In this document: piece by piece, positions 47,607 to 58,975 of the stretch
Layout: every line of letters begins with the position of its first letter
How positions within the stretch are numbered: the stretch's first letter is position 1
Source: an uncultured delta proteobacterium
GTDB lineage: Bacteria > Desulfobacterota > Desulfobacteria > Desulfobacterales > B30-G6
Reading direction: 5' to 3'
NCBI GenBank assembly: GCA_963823335.1
Contig: CAWGLD010000002.1
Location: 105,044 to 169,043, forward strand
DNA: 64,000 nt
Notes under the pieces: generated by a model
Database searches by the model: none
The model's input: only the letters and a program-made list of their open reading frames with translations
Told to the model about the DNA's origin: nothing
Made by a program: the position numbers and the translations under genes

Positions 47607-47903
47607 TTCATTAGATAGTTCAATTGATAGATCAAAAATAATATCGGCAACCGTTCGCATGTCGATAATTTCATTCTCTTGACAAGTCTGCATATTTCAC
47701 AATTATTTTAGTAGGATAATATTTAATATCTAATATATCGATTTAAGCGTGCTGCAGCATTATGACGAACACCAATTTATTGGAAATTACTCCGTCACTT
47801 TGTCTGTTCTGGGAAATATGGGAGCATGGTATGCAATTTGGATATTATGGTGGAGGGAAAGATCGACCGGTTTAAATATTTGTCTATTTTGTCTTATGAA
47901 ATG

Positions 47904-50444
47904 TCACTGCAGCAGTTCTTTTAGTAATGTCTGGCGCTGACTGGAATCTTGATTCTTAACGGACATGGCTAATGCCTTACGCGTTCCAACCAGGACAGCC
48001 AGTTTTTTTGCCCTGGTCAGGCCAGTATAAATCAGGTTCCGAAACAGCATTTTGAAATGTTGTGTCAGGACCGGGATGATAACCGCTTCGAACTCGCTCC
48101 CCTGTGATTTGTGAATTGTAATGGCGTAGGCCAGATCCAGTTCCGGGATAGCATCTCGTGTGTATTCCACTATCCGGCTGTCAGGGAAAAATGCAACGGA
48201 TAATGTCAGTTCCTCAGTGTCGATTTCTCGAATAATTCCGATATCGCCATTGAAAACGTTTAGGTCATAATTGTTCCGGCGGTGAATCACACGGTCACCA
48301 ATCCGGAAGATTCTCTCACCGACACTTAATTGACCTTTTCCCTTCTGTATAGGATTGGCCGATTCCTGGATCATCTTATTCAAGCTGACCGTACCAAGAC
48401 TGCCCCTGGTCATGGGGGAAAGAATCTGAATCTCTGTCTTTTCCCCGAAATATTTAGGAATCCATTCCAGATAAAGCTTTCCGACCACATCGAATGCCGA
48501 CAGGCCATAATGCAGCGATGACCATGGATGGACTTTTTTCAAAACCGCCAACAATTCATCAACGCTGCCTTTTGCCTTGGATACCTTTTCCAGGTTGACG
48601 TGCTGAAATTTCTTGGGAATGGTCAGTTCTGTTTCATAGGGAGCAACAGGTTCATTTATTCTGAACTCATACAGATTGATCCCTGATTTGGTTGCATTCA
48701 CTTGTTCAGACGGCGCAGATTCATGGAACCTTTTGACCCTGGCAATGAAGTTGAGTTGCTCCTTGGTTGCTTCATCCGAATCCATAAACAGACAATCCGT
48801 TTTTTGCTGCCATATTTCAGGGTTTTTAAACGGCGAATCAATGTAAGGCATGTCACCATTGTTGATCTGATGGGCATATCGGATGATAAGTGATTCCTGT
48901 GCCTGCCGGAAAACTTTTTTCAGTTTAAAACAACATACGGCCCCAGAGGCGATAATATCCCGAAGGACGTTACCGGCGCCAACAGACGGCAACTGGTCCG
49001 CATCACCAATAAAAAGGATCTGGCTTTGCGGTGGAATCGCTTTGAGCAATGAAGCCGTCAGGCTGATATCCAGCATGGAGCATTCATCAACGATGATAAA
49101 ATCCACATCGAGGGGATTTTCCTCATTCTTCTTGAACTGACCAATTTGCCACTCCAGCAGGCGATGGATTGTTTTGGATTCGTTTCCGATGACATCCATC
49201 ATGCGCTGAGCAGCCCGGCCGGTTGGGGCGGCAAGCAGGATTTTCCGTTTCATCGCTTCAAGCAATTTAACGATTACCTGGGTTATCGTTGTTTTTCCGC
49301 AGCCGGGACCGCCTGTCAGGACAGAAAACATTTCACACACGATGCCTTTGACGGCATCAACCTGCTCATCACTCAAGGAAAAGTCTTTTGTTTCGCAGTA
49401 CCGATTGATCCAGATCTCAACCCGTTCCTTGTCAACAATTGGGTGATTCCTGGTATTGGAAATTCTCTTGGCAACATACAGTTCATCAAAATAAAGGGAT
49501 TTGGAGTAATAGCAGGATTCGGTTGCTCCCTCTATGTTGCTGAGTTCACGGACCATCACAAGCCCGTCTTGCTTCATCTGATGGAGATAATCGGACATCC
49601 GGTCATCAAGTTTCAATTCCAGAAGTTCATTCACCTGTGCGCTGATTTGCGATTCTGTCAGGTAACAATGACCGAATTCCCTGCTGGCTGCCAGGACATG
49701 ATTGATACCGGCCCTGATCCTCTGGGGGCTGTTTCTTTCGAGACCGATGCTTAACGCAACCTTATCTGCCGAAAAGAAGCCGATGCCGTAAAAATCCTGA
49801 GCCAGCCGGTACGGATCTTCATTCACATATTCAATGGCATTGTCACCGTACTCCTTGTAGATCCGAACGGCGTAAAGGGTGCTGATGCCGTGGGATTGCA
49901 GGAACATCATCACTTTTCTGATCGCTCGATGCTCAACCCAGGCGTCCCTGATCATGGTTAGTTTTTTCTGAGCTATCCCTCTAATCTCGGTGAGCCTTCC
50001 GATCTCATTTTCAAATACCTCAAGGGTTTCATTCCCAAAGTATTTTACAATCTTTTTGGCAGTCTTTGGGCCAACACCTTTGATAAGCCCTGATCCAAGG
50101 TATTTTTCCAGTGCGGCGGTTGTGGCGGGTTTTTTTTCAACCGCTTTTGTGGCTTTGAATTGGCGACCAAACTTCGGATGCACGGTCCATGACCCATGGA
50201 ATTCCATTGTGGCACCGGCAAAAACTTTTGTCTGATGGACGGTGACTGTTTCCTGCTGGTGGGGATTGTCGAAGGGTAAAACACGAAGAACTGACCATCC
50301 ATTATCCGGATTGTGGTATGTGACCCGATCCACGATACCACGGATGGATTCGATAATTGTTCCTGAACGATAGATCTGTTGATTTTTCATATCGAGATGT
50401 GGTTTTTTATCCGTTACGACATTGCCTTGCCCACGGCATAACAT
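47904..50444 (-). CDS. recD2: RecD2-like SF1B DNA helicase
   Basis: YLGSGLIKGVGP HhH, GGPGCGKTT, LAAPTGRAA, IVDECSM, GDADQLPSVG and AYAITIHKSQGSEF. Start may be 50390. Confidence 0.92.
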   Translation of the reverse strand: MLCRGQGNVVTDKKPHLDMKNQQIYRSGTIIESIRGIVDRVTYHNPDNGWSVLRVLPFDNPHQQETVTVHQTKVFAGATMEFHGSWTVHPKFGRQFKATKAVEKKPATTAALEKYLGSGLIKGVGPKTAKKIVKYFGNETLEVFENEIGRLTEIRGIAQKKLTMIRDAWVEHRAIRKVMMFLQSHGISTLYAVRIYKEYGDNAIEYVNEDPYRLAQDFYGIGFFSADKVALSIGLERNSPQRIRAGINHVLAASREFGHCYLTESQISAQVNELLELKLDDRMSDYLHQMKQDGLVMVRELSNIEGATESCYYSKSLYFDELYVAKRISNTRNHPIVDKERVEIWINRYCETKDFSLSDEQVDAVKGIVCEMFSVLTGGPGCGKTTITQVIVKLLEAMKRKILLAAPTGRAAQRMMDVIGNESKTIHRLLEWQIGQFKKNEENPLDVDFIIVDECSMLDISLTASLLKAIPPQSQILFIGDADQLPSVGAGNVLRDIIASGAVCCFKLKKVFRQAQESLIIRYAHQINNGDMPYIDSPFKNPEIWQQKTDCLFMDSDEATKEQLNFIARVKRFHESAPSEQVNATKSGINLYEFRINEPVAPYETELTIPKKFQHVNLEKVSKAKGSVDELLAVLKKVHPWSSLHYGLSAFDVVGKLYLEWIPKYFGEKTEIQILSPMTRGSLGTVSLNKMIQESANPIQKGKGQLSVGERIFRIGDRVIHRRNNYDLNVFNGDIGIIREIDTEELTLSVAFFPDSRIVEYTRDAIPELDLAYAITIHKSQGSEFEAVIIPVLTQHFKMLFRNLIYTGLTRAKKLAVLVGTRKALAMSVKNQDSSQRQTLLKELLQ

Positions 50445-50548
50445 TCAATCTTTACAGTGGGTTGTCAAAAGATTATCCGTCTTATTCGTGAGGTCTTGTT
50501 TCAGTCTGGCAATATAATCTTAATTCGTCCATTCGGATAAATTTATGG

Positions 50549-50971
50549 TCAGGAGATTAATTCTGCATTCATTTTAACCACGACATGTCCCCACCCACCA
50601 CATGAAGGGCCTGTATCGAAACACCCGCTCGTGTTGAACATTACCTCATTTGGATTACGTCCGTTCAAAAGATTCTCGAAGAAAGCATTAATCAACACCG
50701 TCAGGTTCGGCATCAAAAAGGAACATACCCGATCCGGGTTCTCTTTTGTAAGTAAATTGCCTGAATTATCAAATATCAGCCTTTGCCCAACAACATGGCC
50801 TGAGTGACACCCCTTTGATTCGATGACTTCAGCAATCAATCTGTATTTCGATGCTTCGATAGCGTTCTGAAACAGCTTTTGAAATTTAGGATTTTTTTCA
50901 ATCATTGACCAGTCCTGGTCTTCAAGATTCAGTCTTTTCCGGATTATTTCTGCGATTTGGCTCTTATCCAT
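50549..50971 (-). CDS. Hypothetical Cys-containing protein
   Basis: RBS AAGGAGG. Sequence EVIESKGCHSGH.VG, VCSF and GCFDTGPSCGGWG. Operon-like position after polB. Confidence 0.7.
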   Translation of the reverse strand: MDKSQIAEIIRKRLNLEDQDWSMIEKNPKFQKLFQNAIEASKYRLIAEVIESKGCHSGHVVGQRLIFDNSGNLLTKENPDRVCSFLMPNLTVLINAFFENLLNGRNPNEVMFNTSGCFDTGPSCGGWGHVVVKMNAELIS

Positions 50972-51006
50972 ATTGCCTCCTTATCGTTTTTCAAGGTAAA
51001 GCAGCG

Positions 51007-53403
51007 CTAAAACAAACTCAACTGCCTTTCGTTCCTGATAATGGAGCGATAGTCCATATCAAAAAAGCGCAAAACCATATCTGCGACCGGGGCTAGTTGC
51101 TTTTCGCTGTAATGGTCATAGTCATAAGCGCTGTCAGAACGTTTTTGGATAGGTTCTGGACCGGCGGTTGTTATCACATAACTGACTATCCTGCCATCAA
51201 AATGATCCAGCATACGGGCTGCCCGGACATGTGGCGGGACATTTTTGGTATAATCTTTCAATCGCTTGCTGATTCCTTTTCTGTAGACAAGCTTATCATC
51301 TAACTTGCCATCATATAGTTCTTTATGACGGCAGCGAACCAGCTCAATGAGTTTTTCCTCGAACTCAAGCGTTTCGTCCTGATTAAACAGGAGAGTAAAA
51401 AGGTCTGCCTGGAACTCCTTGGCAAGATCGGTCCAATCACGACGGCTCGATTCCAGCCCCGCGAAAAACAGTTCCTTTTCACCATCCTTGTTGACAACTA
51501 AGCCGGCATAACGTTTTTTGGAACCTGTATTTTGACCCCGGATGGTGGGCATGAAAAAACGGAGAAACAGTTTTTCAAATTCAACCTCAAGCTTGCTTTC
51601 CACATTAAAACGATGGGTTAATTCTTCGGCCAAATGACGATTGAGTTTTTTAGAAAGGCCGCTGACAATCTTATGGGCTGCTTTGTGATTGTCTTTGCCC
51701 AGATTAACAAACAGGGAATCTGTATCGCCATAAATGACCCGATAACCTTCTTGTTCAATGAATTTACGGGAAAAGTTTAAAATCCAGTGACCAATCCGGG
51801 TAATACTTCCTGCTAAACGCGGATCATAAAAACGGCATCCGGTGCTTCCCAAAACACCGTAAAATGAATTCATAATGATTTTGATAGCCTGGGATAATGT
51901 GGTGTCGTTGGATTGTTTTGCTTTTTCACGGGCCTGCCACAGTTCCTGAATAATTGAAGGCAGAATGGCATAATCTTCGGCAAATTCGAGCCCGGCCGGA
52001 CCTTTAATAATTCTTCCGGGCTCACTTGAGTTGGTTTGCTGATCATTTGTTGGGGCATGTAAAAGGATGTTTGCAGCAAGAGGATCTATACTGAAGGTGA
52101 GAATGATACTGGGATAAAGACTTTTGAAGTCAAATACCGCAACATTGTGATAAAATCCGGGTGTGCTTTCAAAGACCAGACCACCGGGTGCTGCTTGTGC
52201 ATCGGCAGGCGGCTTTGGATATGTGTCAGCAACGTATCCATATCGGTGCAGGTGGGGCAGGTATAAAAAATCAAAGGCTGCCACACTGCCACCTACGCGA
52301 TCCAACGGCAGCCCGGTCAATTGTGAACGCCTGAGAGCAAGCTGGGAAAGGTTCAGCTTTTCAAAGATTTCATAAACCAGCCTGGTGTCCTGAAGGTTAT
52401 ACGCCGCCAGGTGTTTTTTGTCCTCTTTAAACAGACGGGTGATTTCTGCCACTTTTTCCAAACCGGTTGTTTCGATGAGTTTCTTGCTGCCGAGCACATT
52501 TTCGGCAACCGCTGCCAAGGAATACCCTTCTGTTTGAACATAAGCGCCTCGAAGCATGGTGATGCCATCGAAGGCGGCTCTGCCAGGGATGCGGGCAATC
52601 CACTGATTGTATAATTTGCCCGGCGAAAGGATTTGAGCCTCGCCATCGCAACCGATATCAAACTTTATCCCCAGCATTTGACATTTGCGTGCCAGCCATT
52701 GAAGGTCAAAACCAATCAGGTTCCAGCCGATCAAGGCATCGGGGTCGTATTCTCGAACCATATTGAAAAAGGAAAGCAGCAGTTCCTTTTCGGTTTTGAA
52801 GCTCTGAAAGATATCCGTGTTCGATTTTTCACCACGGTTCTCATCCACCATGAGTACTACCTCAAGATCTGTTCCGAAAAGTGCAATCGAATACAGATCC
52901 ATCCCCATTGAACACTCGATATCGATGGACAGAAGTTTTAAACTGGGTAGATAGTCTGACGGCGTGACAGAGGAATCAACAAAATAGAGCGTGTTGTTTT
53001 CTATCTGGACTGGATCGCTTTTAAAAGAGATCGCGCCTTTTATAAATCGTTCCATTAAAAAGCGTGCAACAAGATTGACGTCACCTTCAAAGGTGGAAAT
53101 ATTACGAGCATCGCACTCCTTGCGAGCCCGATTCAACTCCAACGTGTTTCGAAAATACAAGGCATCAACCGATTTTCCGCGCATATTACAAAGTTTAACA
53201 TCTTTGCGCACAGTTCCAGGTGGCGTCCAGGATTCATCATGGTTAATGAAAAAGACGATGCCGGGTCGGATAATGGTCCAGTGAAATCGCCGGCCATCGG
53301 ATAACCGTCCCTGAAAAACCAGGCGGGTTTGGTTGTCCTCAATTATCTGATTGCTGGATAAAATAAAACCTGTGAACATAATTTCTGCTTGCCTATTTAT
53401 CAA
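51007..53403 (-). CDS. polB: DNA polymerase II (family B)
   Basis: Exo I SIDIEC, GWNLIGFD, DFKSLYPS, KIIMNSFYG, YGDTDS and KKRYAG motifs. Confidence 0.93.
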   Translation of the reverse strand: MINRQAEIMFTGFILSSNQIIEDNQTRLVFQGRLSDGRRFHWTIIRPGIVFFINHDESWTPPGTVRKDVKLCNMRGKSVDALYFRNTLELNRARKECDARNISTFEGDVNLVARFLMERFIKGAISFKSDPVQIENNTLYFVDSSVTPSDYLPSLKLLSIDIECSMGMDLYSIALFGTDLEVVLMVDENRGEKSNTDIFQSFKTEKELLLSFFNMVREYDPDALIGWNLIGFDLQWLARKCQMLGIKFDIGCDGEAQILSPGKLYNQWIARIPGRAAFDGITMLRGAYVQTEGYSLAAVAENVLGSKKLIETTGLEKVAEITRLFKEDKKHLAAYNLQDTRLVYEIFEKLNLSQLALRRSQLTGLPLDRVGGSVAAFDFLYLPHLHRYGYVADTYPKPPADAQAAPGGLVFESTPGFYHNVAVFDFKSLYPSIILTFSIDPLAANILLHAPTNDQQTNSSEPGRIIKGPAGLEFAEDYAILPSIIQELWQAREKAKQSNDTTLSQAIKIIMNSFYGVLGSTGCRFYDPRLAGSITRIGHWILNFSRKFIEQEGYRVIYGDTDSLFVNLGKDNHKAAHKIVSGLSKKLNRHLAEELTHRFNVESKLEVEFEKLFLRFFMPTIRGQNTGSKKRYAGLVVNKDGEKELFFAGLESSRRDWTDLAKEFQADLFTLLFNQDETLEFEEKLIELVRCRHKELYDGKLDDKLVYRKGISKRLKDYTKNVPPHVRAARMLDHFDGRIVSYVITTAGPEPIQKRSDSAYDYDHYSEKQLAPVADMVLRFFDMDYRSIIRNERQLSLF

Positions 53404-54574
53404 TTAGCGTGCCCGGACGCACAATGTTTTCCCCGAATCTGTCTTGTAACGAGTCCAGGGTGGTGTTTAAATTTTTTCTTTTATTATCCAATCCAATGGG
53501 GCGGAACAGGGAAAGCTGTTCTTCGCCGCCGTGAGTGCTGAGCTGTGAGACAGAGATCCCTAAAAGTCTGACGGGTCTTCTCCCAGTTTCAGTTTTTTTC
53601 AATAACCCACATGTTGTTTCATATATTATAGTCCCATCATTTGTGAATTTATTAAGTGTCATCGACCTGGTTATCAGAACAAAATCGTTGTATTTCACTT
53701 TTAAAGTGATGGCTTTGCCTTCGACACCCTCACAGCGCAGCCGGCGGGCCACTTTAGATGCAAGCGCCAGAAGTTCCTTTCTTGCCAGGTCGATATCGAG
53801 GATATCCTCGTAAAATGTCTCTTCATTTCCGATGGACTTTGCCTCTTGATATGTCACCACGTCCCTATCATCTATCCCCATGGATAATTCATGCATCCTG
53901 GGACCGTATTTACCGAATTTTTTCTCCAAGATCTCAACTGGAACCCGGCTCAGATCCCTGAAAGTATGGATGTTGAGCTGAGCTAAAGTTTTTTGCGTCA
54001 CCTTGCCAACTCCCCACATTTTACCAATCGGAAGCGGATCTAAGAATTCCCTCACCTTTTCAGGGGGTACAACCGTCAACCCGTCAGGTTTGTCTATATC
54101 GGAAGCAATCTTGGCAACAAATTTTGAAGGCGCCACACCGGCTGAAACCGTCAAACCGGTCTCTTCCCGGACCACTTGCTTAATCTTTTTCGCCATCTCG
54201 ACCGGATCGCCAAAAAGACGGGTGGACCCGGTAACATCCAGAAACGCTTCATCTATGGACAAGGGTTCTACCAGCGAGGTGAAACGATGGAAGATTTTAA
54301 ATATCTGGTCGGAGAGTTCAGCGTATCTTGACATTCTGACCTGCAAAAATATTCCATGTGGGCAAAGGCGCTGAGCCTTGGCCATCGGTTGGGCGGAATG
54401 GACACCGAATTTTCGTGCTTCATATGAGGCAGATGAGACCACGCCTCTACCTTTGGTTCCACCGACAATAACCGGCTTACCCTTTAGGCCGGGGTTATCC
54501 AACATTTCAACTGCTGGATAAAAGGCATCCATGTCCAGGTGGATAATGGTTTTATGCTTCACATCGCTATTCAT
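53393..54574 (-). CDS. dinB: DNA polymerase IV (Y family)
   Basis: IHLDMDAFY, SYEARKFGV, SIDEAFLD and AKIASD..KPDG motifs. Confidence 0.94.
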   Translation of the reverse strand: MNSDVKHKTIIHLDMDAFYPAVEMLDNPGLKGKPVIVGGTKGRGVVSSASYEARKFGVHSAQPMAKAQRLCPHGIFLQVRMSRYAELSDQIFKIFHRFTSLVEPLSIDEAFLDVTGSTRLFGDPVEMAKKIKQVVREETGLTVSAGVAPSKFVAKIASDIDKPDGLTVVPPEKVREFLDPLPIGKMWGVGKVTQKTLAQLNIHTFRDLSRVPVEILEKKFGKYGPRMHELSMGIDDRDVVTYQEAKSIGNEETFYEDILDIDLARKELLALASKVARRLRCEGVEGKAITLKVKYNDFVLITRSMTLNKFTNDGTIIYETTCGLLKKTETGRRPVRLLGISVSQLSTHGGEEQLSLFRPIGLDNKRKNLNTTLDSLQDRFGENIVRPGTLIDK

Positions 54575-55061
54575 GTATATTTCGCATATTCGTCTTTGCT
54601 CGGAAAAAACATCGATAAATTTAAAACAATGTGACCGGATCTGTCAAACCCATGTGGCAATTATCGTGTAAACATTTAGAAAAAAACGTTCTTGTAACCG
54701 AAGAGGGGGATCTAATATTTTATTTAGATTTAAAATTAAATTTTGCCTGGAATTTGCCGAGTGGCTGGAGGTAAACCTTAATCACCTACAAGCGCGGATT
54801 CGTCAGACATATCTATGGTTTTTGAGATGGATGATATTTTTACTTTTTGGCTGACTATCACAGGGAAAATTAGCTGTTAAACGCCAGAATTGTACCTTGA
54901 AGATTTATTGGATTATGTAAACCAATTTTATCGATTTCAGATTCTACCTTGTGTTACATAATCACAACCAAAGGGATGTCTCTGGGGATGATGTGATCAC
55001 CGCTTTTCGGTAGTGGTCAATAATCGAAGGCTTCTTTCGTCAATCCTAATAGGAGGCGTTT

Positions 55062-55439
55062 TCAATACATTGCGACAAATAAACCTATAAGTATTGACCA
55101 ATGATAGGCAGGTTTCTTAATACAACCCAGCGACGCCGCAAATCCTACAACAACAGCACAAAAAATATTGAGCACTATGAGGCGTTCTGGGGTAATCAGC
55201 AAAAAATCCGCAGTAACTATTGCTGTGATTACTGAGGACAAGAGTACTGATGCTAAAATCAAATTTATAGGTTTACAATTCTCAAGATACTGTTGTTCCG
55301 ATGACCTCGTGGAATTAAAGTCCAAGCTTATGAGTTCCGCACTCATTGCAAGTGTTATGGTGGGTATCACCGTTAAAAGGAAAAGTGGAATATTCCAAGT
55401 TACTTCGAGTGGTGCCGAAAAATCCCAAAGCCACGTCAA
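55062..55439 (-). CDS. Hypothetical membrane protein, possibly a 5-prime-truncated remnant
   Basis: Several hydrophobic segments, low GC, weak TTG start without a clear RBS. Confidence 0.35.
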   Translation of the reverse strand: MTWLWDFSAPLEVTWNIPLFLLTVIPTITLAMSAELISLDFNSTRSSEQQYLENCKPINLILASVLLSSVITAIVTADFLLITPERLIVLNIFCAVVVGFAASLGCIKKPAYHWSILIGLFVAMY

Positions 55440-55461
55440 GATAAAAATAAAAATGCAGGTT

Positions 55462-56232
55462 CTACATCGAGCGATTGAACAGGGATGCTTTTAAAAACTC
55501 CCGATTAAAGCGGGCGATATGAGTAATCGAAACTTCTTTGGGGCATGCATATTCACACACACGATGGTTGGTGCAATTGCCGAACCCGCAGTTGTCCATT
55601 TCCTTGAGCATGGCCAGCACACGCTGGGTTGCTTCCGGTTGCCCCTGGGGCAGTAGGGCAAACTGGGACACCTTGGCACTGACAAACAGCATGGCCGAGG
55701 CATTGGGACAGGATGCCACACAGGCACCGCAACCGACACAGGCCGCGGCATCCATGGCCTCTTCCGCCTTTTCCTGGGCAATCGGCAGGGCATTGGCATC
55801 CGCTGCCCCGCCGGTATTAACCGAAATATAACCCCCAGCCTGGATAATTTTATCCAGCGCGCTGCGATCCACGATCAGATCTTTGACCACTTTAAAGGCC
55901 CTGGATCGAAACGGCTCCACCACAATAGTATCGCCGTCGTCAAACTCACGCATGTGCAACTCGCAGAGGGTCATGGCTTTGCGGTGACCATGGGGGATGC
56001 CGTTGATCACGGCACCGCAGGTGCCACAGATGCCCTCCCGGCAATCGTTATCAAATTCAATCGGTTCTTTGTCTCCCAGAATCAATTTTTCATTTAAAAA
56101 ATCCAACATTTCCAGAAAGGAGCTGTGGGTTTCGACATCATTGACGGCAATGGTTTCGAACCGACCGGGATCTTGCGATCCATTCTGGCGCCAAACTTTT
56201 AGGGTAATATTGATGGTCTCTTGTGCGCTCAT
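55462..56232 (-). CDS. sdhB: Succinate dehydrogenase/fumarate reductase iron-sulfur subunit
   Basis: CREGICGTC, CVGCGACVASCP and CTNHRVCEYACP clusters. Confidence 0.94.
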   Translation of the reverse strand: MSAQETINITLKVWRQNGSQDPGRFETIAVNDVETHSSFLEMLDFLNEKLILGDKEPIEFDNDCREGICGTCGAVINGIPHGHRKAMTLCELHMREFDDGDTIVVEPFRSRAFKVVKDLIVDRSALDKIIQAGGYISVNTGGAADANALPIAQEKAEEAMDAAACVGCGACVASCPNASAMLFVSAKVSQFALLPQGQPEATQRVLAMLKEMDNCGFGNCTNHRVCEYACPKEVSITHIARFNREFLKASLFNRSM

Positions 56233-58148
56233 TATTTATAGCTCCTTTGGGTGAGCCCGACGTTTTCGAAAACAAGGGATTCTTTATGAAGTTCGGGCGT
56301 TGTATCATCACCCTGGTGCCCCCAGGCCGACACGTGGCAGAAGTTTTCATCATCCCGAATGGCTTCGCCTTCTTCGCTTTGTGATTCCTCACGCAAATGG
56401 CCCCCGCAGGATTCTTTGCGGTCCAGGGCATCGATGGCCATCAATTCGCCGAGTTCGATAAAATCGGCCAGACGACCGGCTTTTTGAAGATTCAACCGAT
56501 AAGTATCAGCCGGCCCCGCGACCTTAACATTTTGCCAGAATTCTTCACGCAAAGCGCGGATCTGCTCAATTGCCTCTTTCAGGCCGGTTTCGGTGCGAGA
56601 TAGGCCAACCTTGTCTTCCATGATCCGCCCCAGTTCCCTGTGAATGTCCTCCACCGTGCGCTTGCCATTGATGGATAGAAGGCTGTCAATGCGGCTTTGA
56701 ACCGCCTGAATTGAGTCGTTAAAGGCGGCATGGTCCTCACCCACATCGGAATTGCCGGCATCACCCAGAAAGCCGGCCATGGTGTAGGGAACCACAAAGT
56801 ATCCGTCCGCCAGACCCTGCATGAGCGCATTGGCCCCCAGACGATTGGCGCCATGGTCCGAAAAGTTAGCCTCACCGAGAACAAATAGACCGGGAATGGT
56901 GCTCATCAGGTTGTAATCGACCCACAACCCGCCCATGGTGAAATGGGCCGAGGGGTAAATCATCATCGGTGTTTGATAGGGATCTTCAGCGATGATATTG
57001 CGGTACATGTTAAAAAGGTTGCCGTATTTGCGGGCAATGGCATCTTTGCCGTCACGTTTGATGGCTTCCATAAAATCCAGGTAGACCGCGCGTCCCGTGG
57101 GTCCCACGCCTTTGCCGGCATCGCACTGCTGTTTGGCATTGCGCGAGGCCACATCCCGTGGAACCAGGTTGCCGAAATTCGGATATTTTTCCTCCAAGTA
57201 ATAATCGCGTTCATTTTCCGGGATGTCGTTGGCCGCACGCTTATCCCCATCATTTTTAGGAACCCACACGCGCCCGTCATTGCGCAGGCTCTCACTCATC
57301 AGCGTCAGCTTGGTTTGATGACCACTGATGTGCGGCAGGCTGGTCGGATGGATCTGGGTGTAGCAAGGATTGGCAAAGTAGGCCCCTTTTTTGTAAGCCT
57401 GCCAGATGGCGCTGACGTTGCAGGAGATCGCATTGGTAGACAGGTAAAACACATTGGAGTAACCGCCGGTAGACAGCAAAACAGCATCGGCGGCATGGGC
57501 CTCTAACTCCCCGTTGATTAAGTTGCGGGCGATGATGCCCCGGGCCCGGTCATTGTCCACCACCAGGTCCAGCATCTCGTGACGCGGATACATTTTGACC
57601 TGGCCGGCGGCGATCTGGCGGGACAACGCTCCATATGCGCCCAGCAACAACTGCTGACCGGTCTGGCCCCGGGCATAAAAAGTACGCGAGACCTGAGCCC
57701 CGCCGAAAGATCGGTTGGCCAGCAGTCCACCGTATTCTCTGGCAAAAGGCACACCCTGGGCCACACATTGATCGACGATATTGTTGCTGACTTGTGCCAG
57801 GCGGTATACATTGGCTTCCCGGGAACGATAATCACCACCTTTGACGGTGTCGTAAAACAGTCGCCAGATGCTGTCGCCATCGTTGGCGTAATTTTTGGCC
57901 GCGTTGATGCCGCCCTGAGCTGCAATGCTGTGGGCCCGTCGCGGGCTGTCCTGGATACAGAAGGTTTTAACATTATAACCCATCTCGGCCAGGCTGGCAG
58001 ATGCCGCGGCGCCTGCCAGTCCGGTACCCACGACGATAATATTAAAACGCCGCCGGTTGGCCGGGTTGATCAGCTTCATGTCCATTCGATGGCGGTCCCA
58101 CTTTTCAGCGATTGGGCCGTCCGGTATTTTTGCATCAAGTTGTTGCAT
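56232..58148 (-). CDS. sdhA: Succinate dehydrogenase/fumarate reductase flavoprotein
   Basis: [19 protein letters not shown] (FAD His), QIHPT, HFTMGG and HGANRLG motifs. Confidence 0.95.
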   Translation of the reverse strand: MQQLDAKIPDGPIAEKWDRHRMDMKLINPANRRRFNIIVVGTGLAGAAASASLAEMGYNVKTFCIQDSPRRAHSIAAQGGINAAKNYANDGDSIWRLFYDTVKGGDYRSREANVYRLAQVSNNIVDQCVAQGVPFAREYGGLLANRSFGGAQVSRTFYARGQTGQQLLLGAYGALSRQIAAGQVKMYPRHEMLDLVVDNDRARGIIARNLINGELEAHAADAVLLSTGGYSNVFYLSTNAISCNVSAIWQAYKKGAYFANPCYTQIHPTSLPHISGHQTKLTLMSESLRNDGRVWVPKNDGDKRAANDIPENERDYYLEEKYPNFGNLVPRDVASRNAKQQCDAGKGVGPTGRAVYLDFMEAIKRDGKDAIARKYGNLFNMYRNIIAEDPYQTPMMIYPSAHFTMGGLWVDYNLMSTIPGLFVLGEANFSDHGANRLGANALMQGLADGYFVVPYTMAGFLGDAGNSDVGEDHAAFNDSIQAVQSRIDSLLSINGKRTVEDIHRELGRIMEDKVGLSRTETGLKEAIEQIRALREEFWQNVKVAGPADTYRLNLQKAGRLADFIELGELMAIDALDRKESCGGHLREESQSEEGEAIRDDENFCHVSAWGHQGDDTTPELHKESLVFENVGLTQRSYK

Positions 58149-58254
58149 GGTTGATCCCCTTAGGAATGATGAATGTCGAATTGTGGAAGTTGCTTCGCTC
58201 TGTCATACAAAAGTAAAATCAATAGAGTTTCTTAATTCTTCCTTCGTCATTTGG

Positions 58255-58896
58255 TTAAGCAATAATCAATAAATAAATCGGCAACACCCCGAACCCAATT
58301 CCAAACACCAATGTTATCACCAGACCCAACTTCATGATCAGCGGCATGTAGCGCGGGCTATTGATGCCAAATGTTTGAAACAGACTCCAGAAACCATGAC
58401 TGATATGCACAGCCACTATGACCATTGCCACCACATACATGACAACCCAGATCGGATTGGCAAAAGTTGCCGCCATCTGCTGGTAGATAGGTGTGACGGC
58501 TTTGTCAACAAAGGTAAATTTGAGCAAATGGAAAATGATAAAGATAAGGATCAATCCACCGGTGTATGGCATGGTCCTGGATCCGAATGTGCGCCCTCCT
58601 GGGTTTTGGTACACTTTGTATCTTTTCGGACGCGCTTTAAGGTTTTCGAAAAAGAGAATAACGCCGACAACCAGGTGAACCAGTCCCAGCGTTGCCAATC
58701 CGATGTTAAAAACGGTCAGATACGGCTGCAACGAATGCAGCTTGGCCGCATATCCATTGAATGCTTCAGCCCCGGCAAAGGCCATAACATTGCCGAGCAG
58801 GTGCACCGCTAAAAATCCGATCAGACACAGCCCTGTCACCGCCATCAGTATTTTCTTGCCAACGGATGAACAGAGTATGAAAAGATACCAGTTCAT
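58255..58896 (-). CDS. sdhC: Succinate dehydrogenase/fumarate reductase cytochrome b subunit (single 5-TM anchor)
   Basis: SSVGKKILMAVTG, HLLGN and HISHGFWSLFQT motifs with four TM His residues. Confidence 0.9.
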   Translation of the reverse strand: MNWYLFILCSSVGKKILMAVTGLCLIGFLAVHLLGNVMAFAGAEAFNGYAAKLHSLQPYLTVFNIGLATLGLVHLVVGVILFFENLKARPKRYKVYQNPGGRTFGSRTMPYTGGLILIFIIFHLLKFTFVDKAVTPIYQQMAATFANPIWVVMYVVAMVIVAVHISHGFWSLFQTFGINSPRYMPLIMKLGLVITLVFGIGFGVLPIYLLIIA

Positions 58897-58975
58897 GGGA
58901 TACTTCCTTTCTGTAAAAAGTTGGTAGAATCTATCTCAAAAACGTCTTTTGTTCCAATCTTTGTGTTGCTCTTGG

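Noticed and set aside
54575-54720. LexA/SOS box upstream of dinB
   Set aside because: Only weak partial matches (for example GAAC-N4-TTTC); no convincing palindrome.
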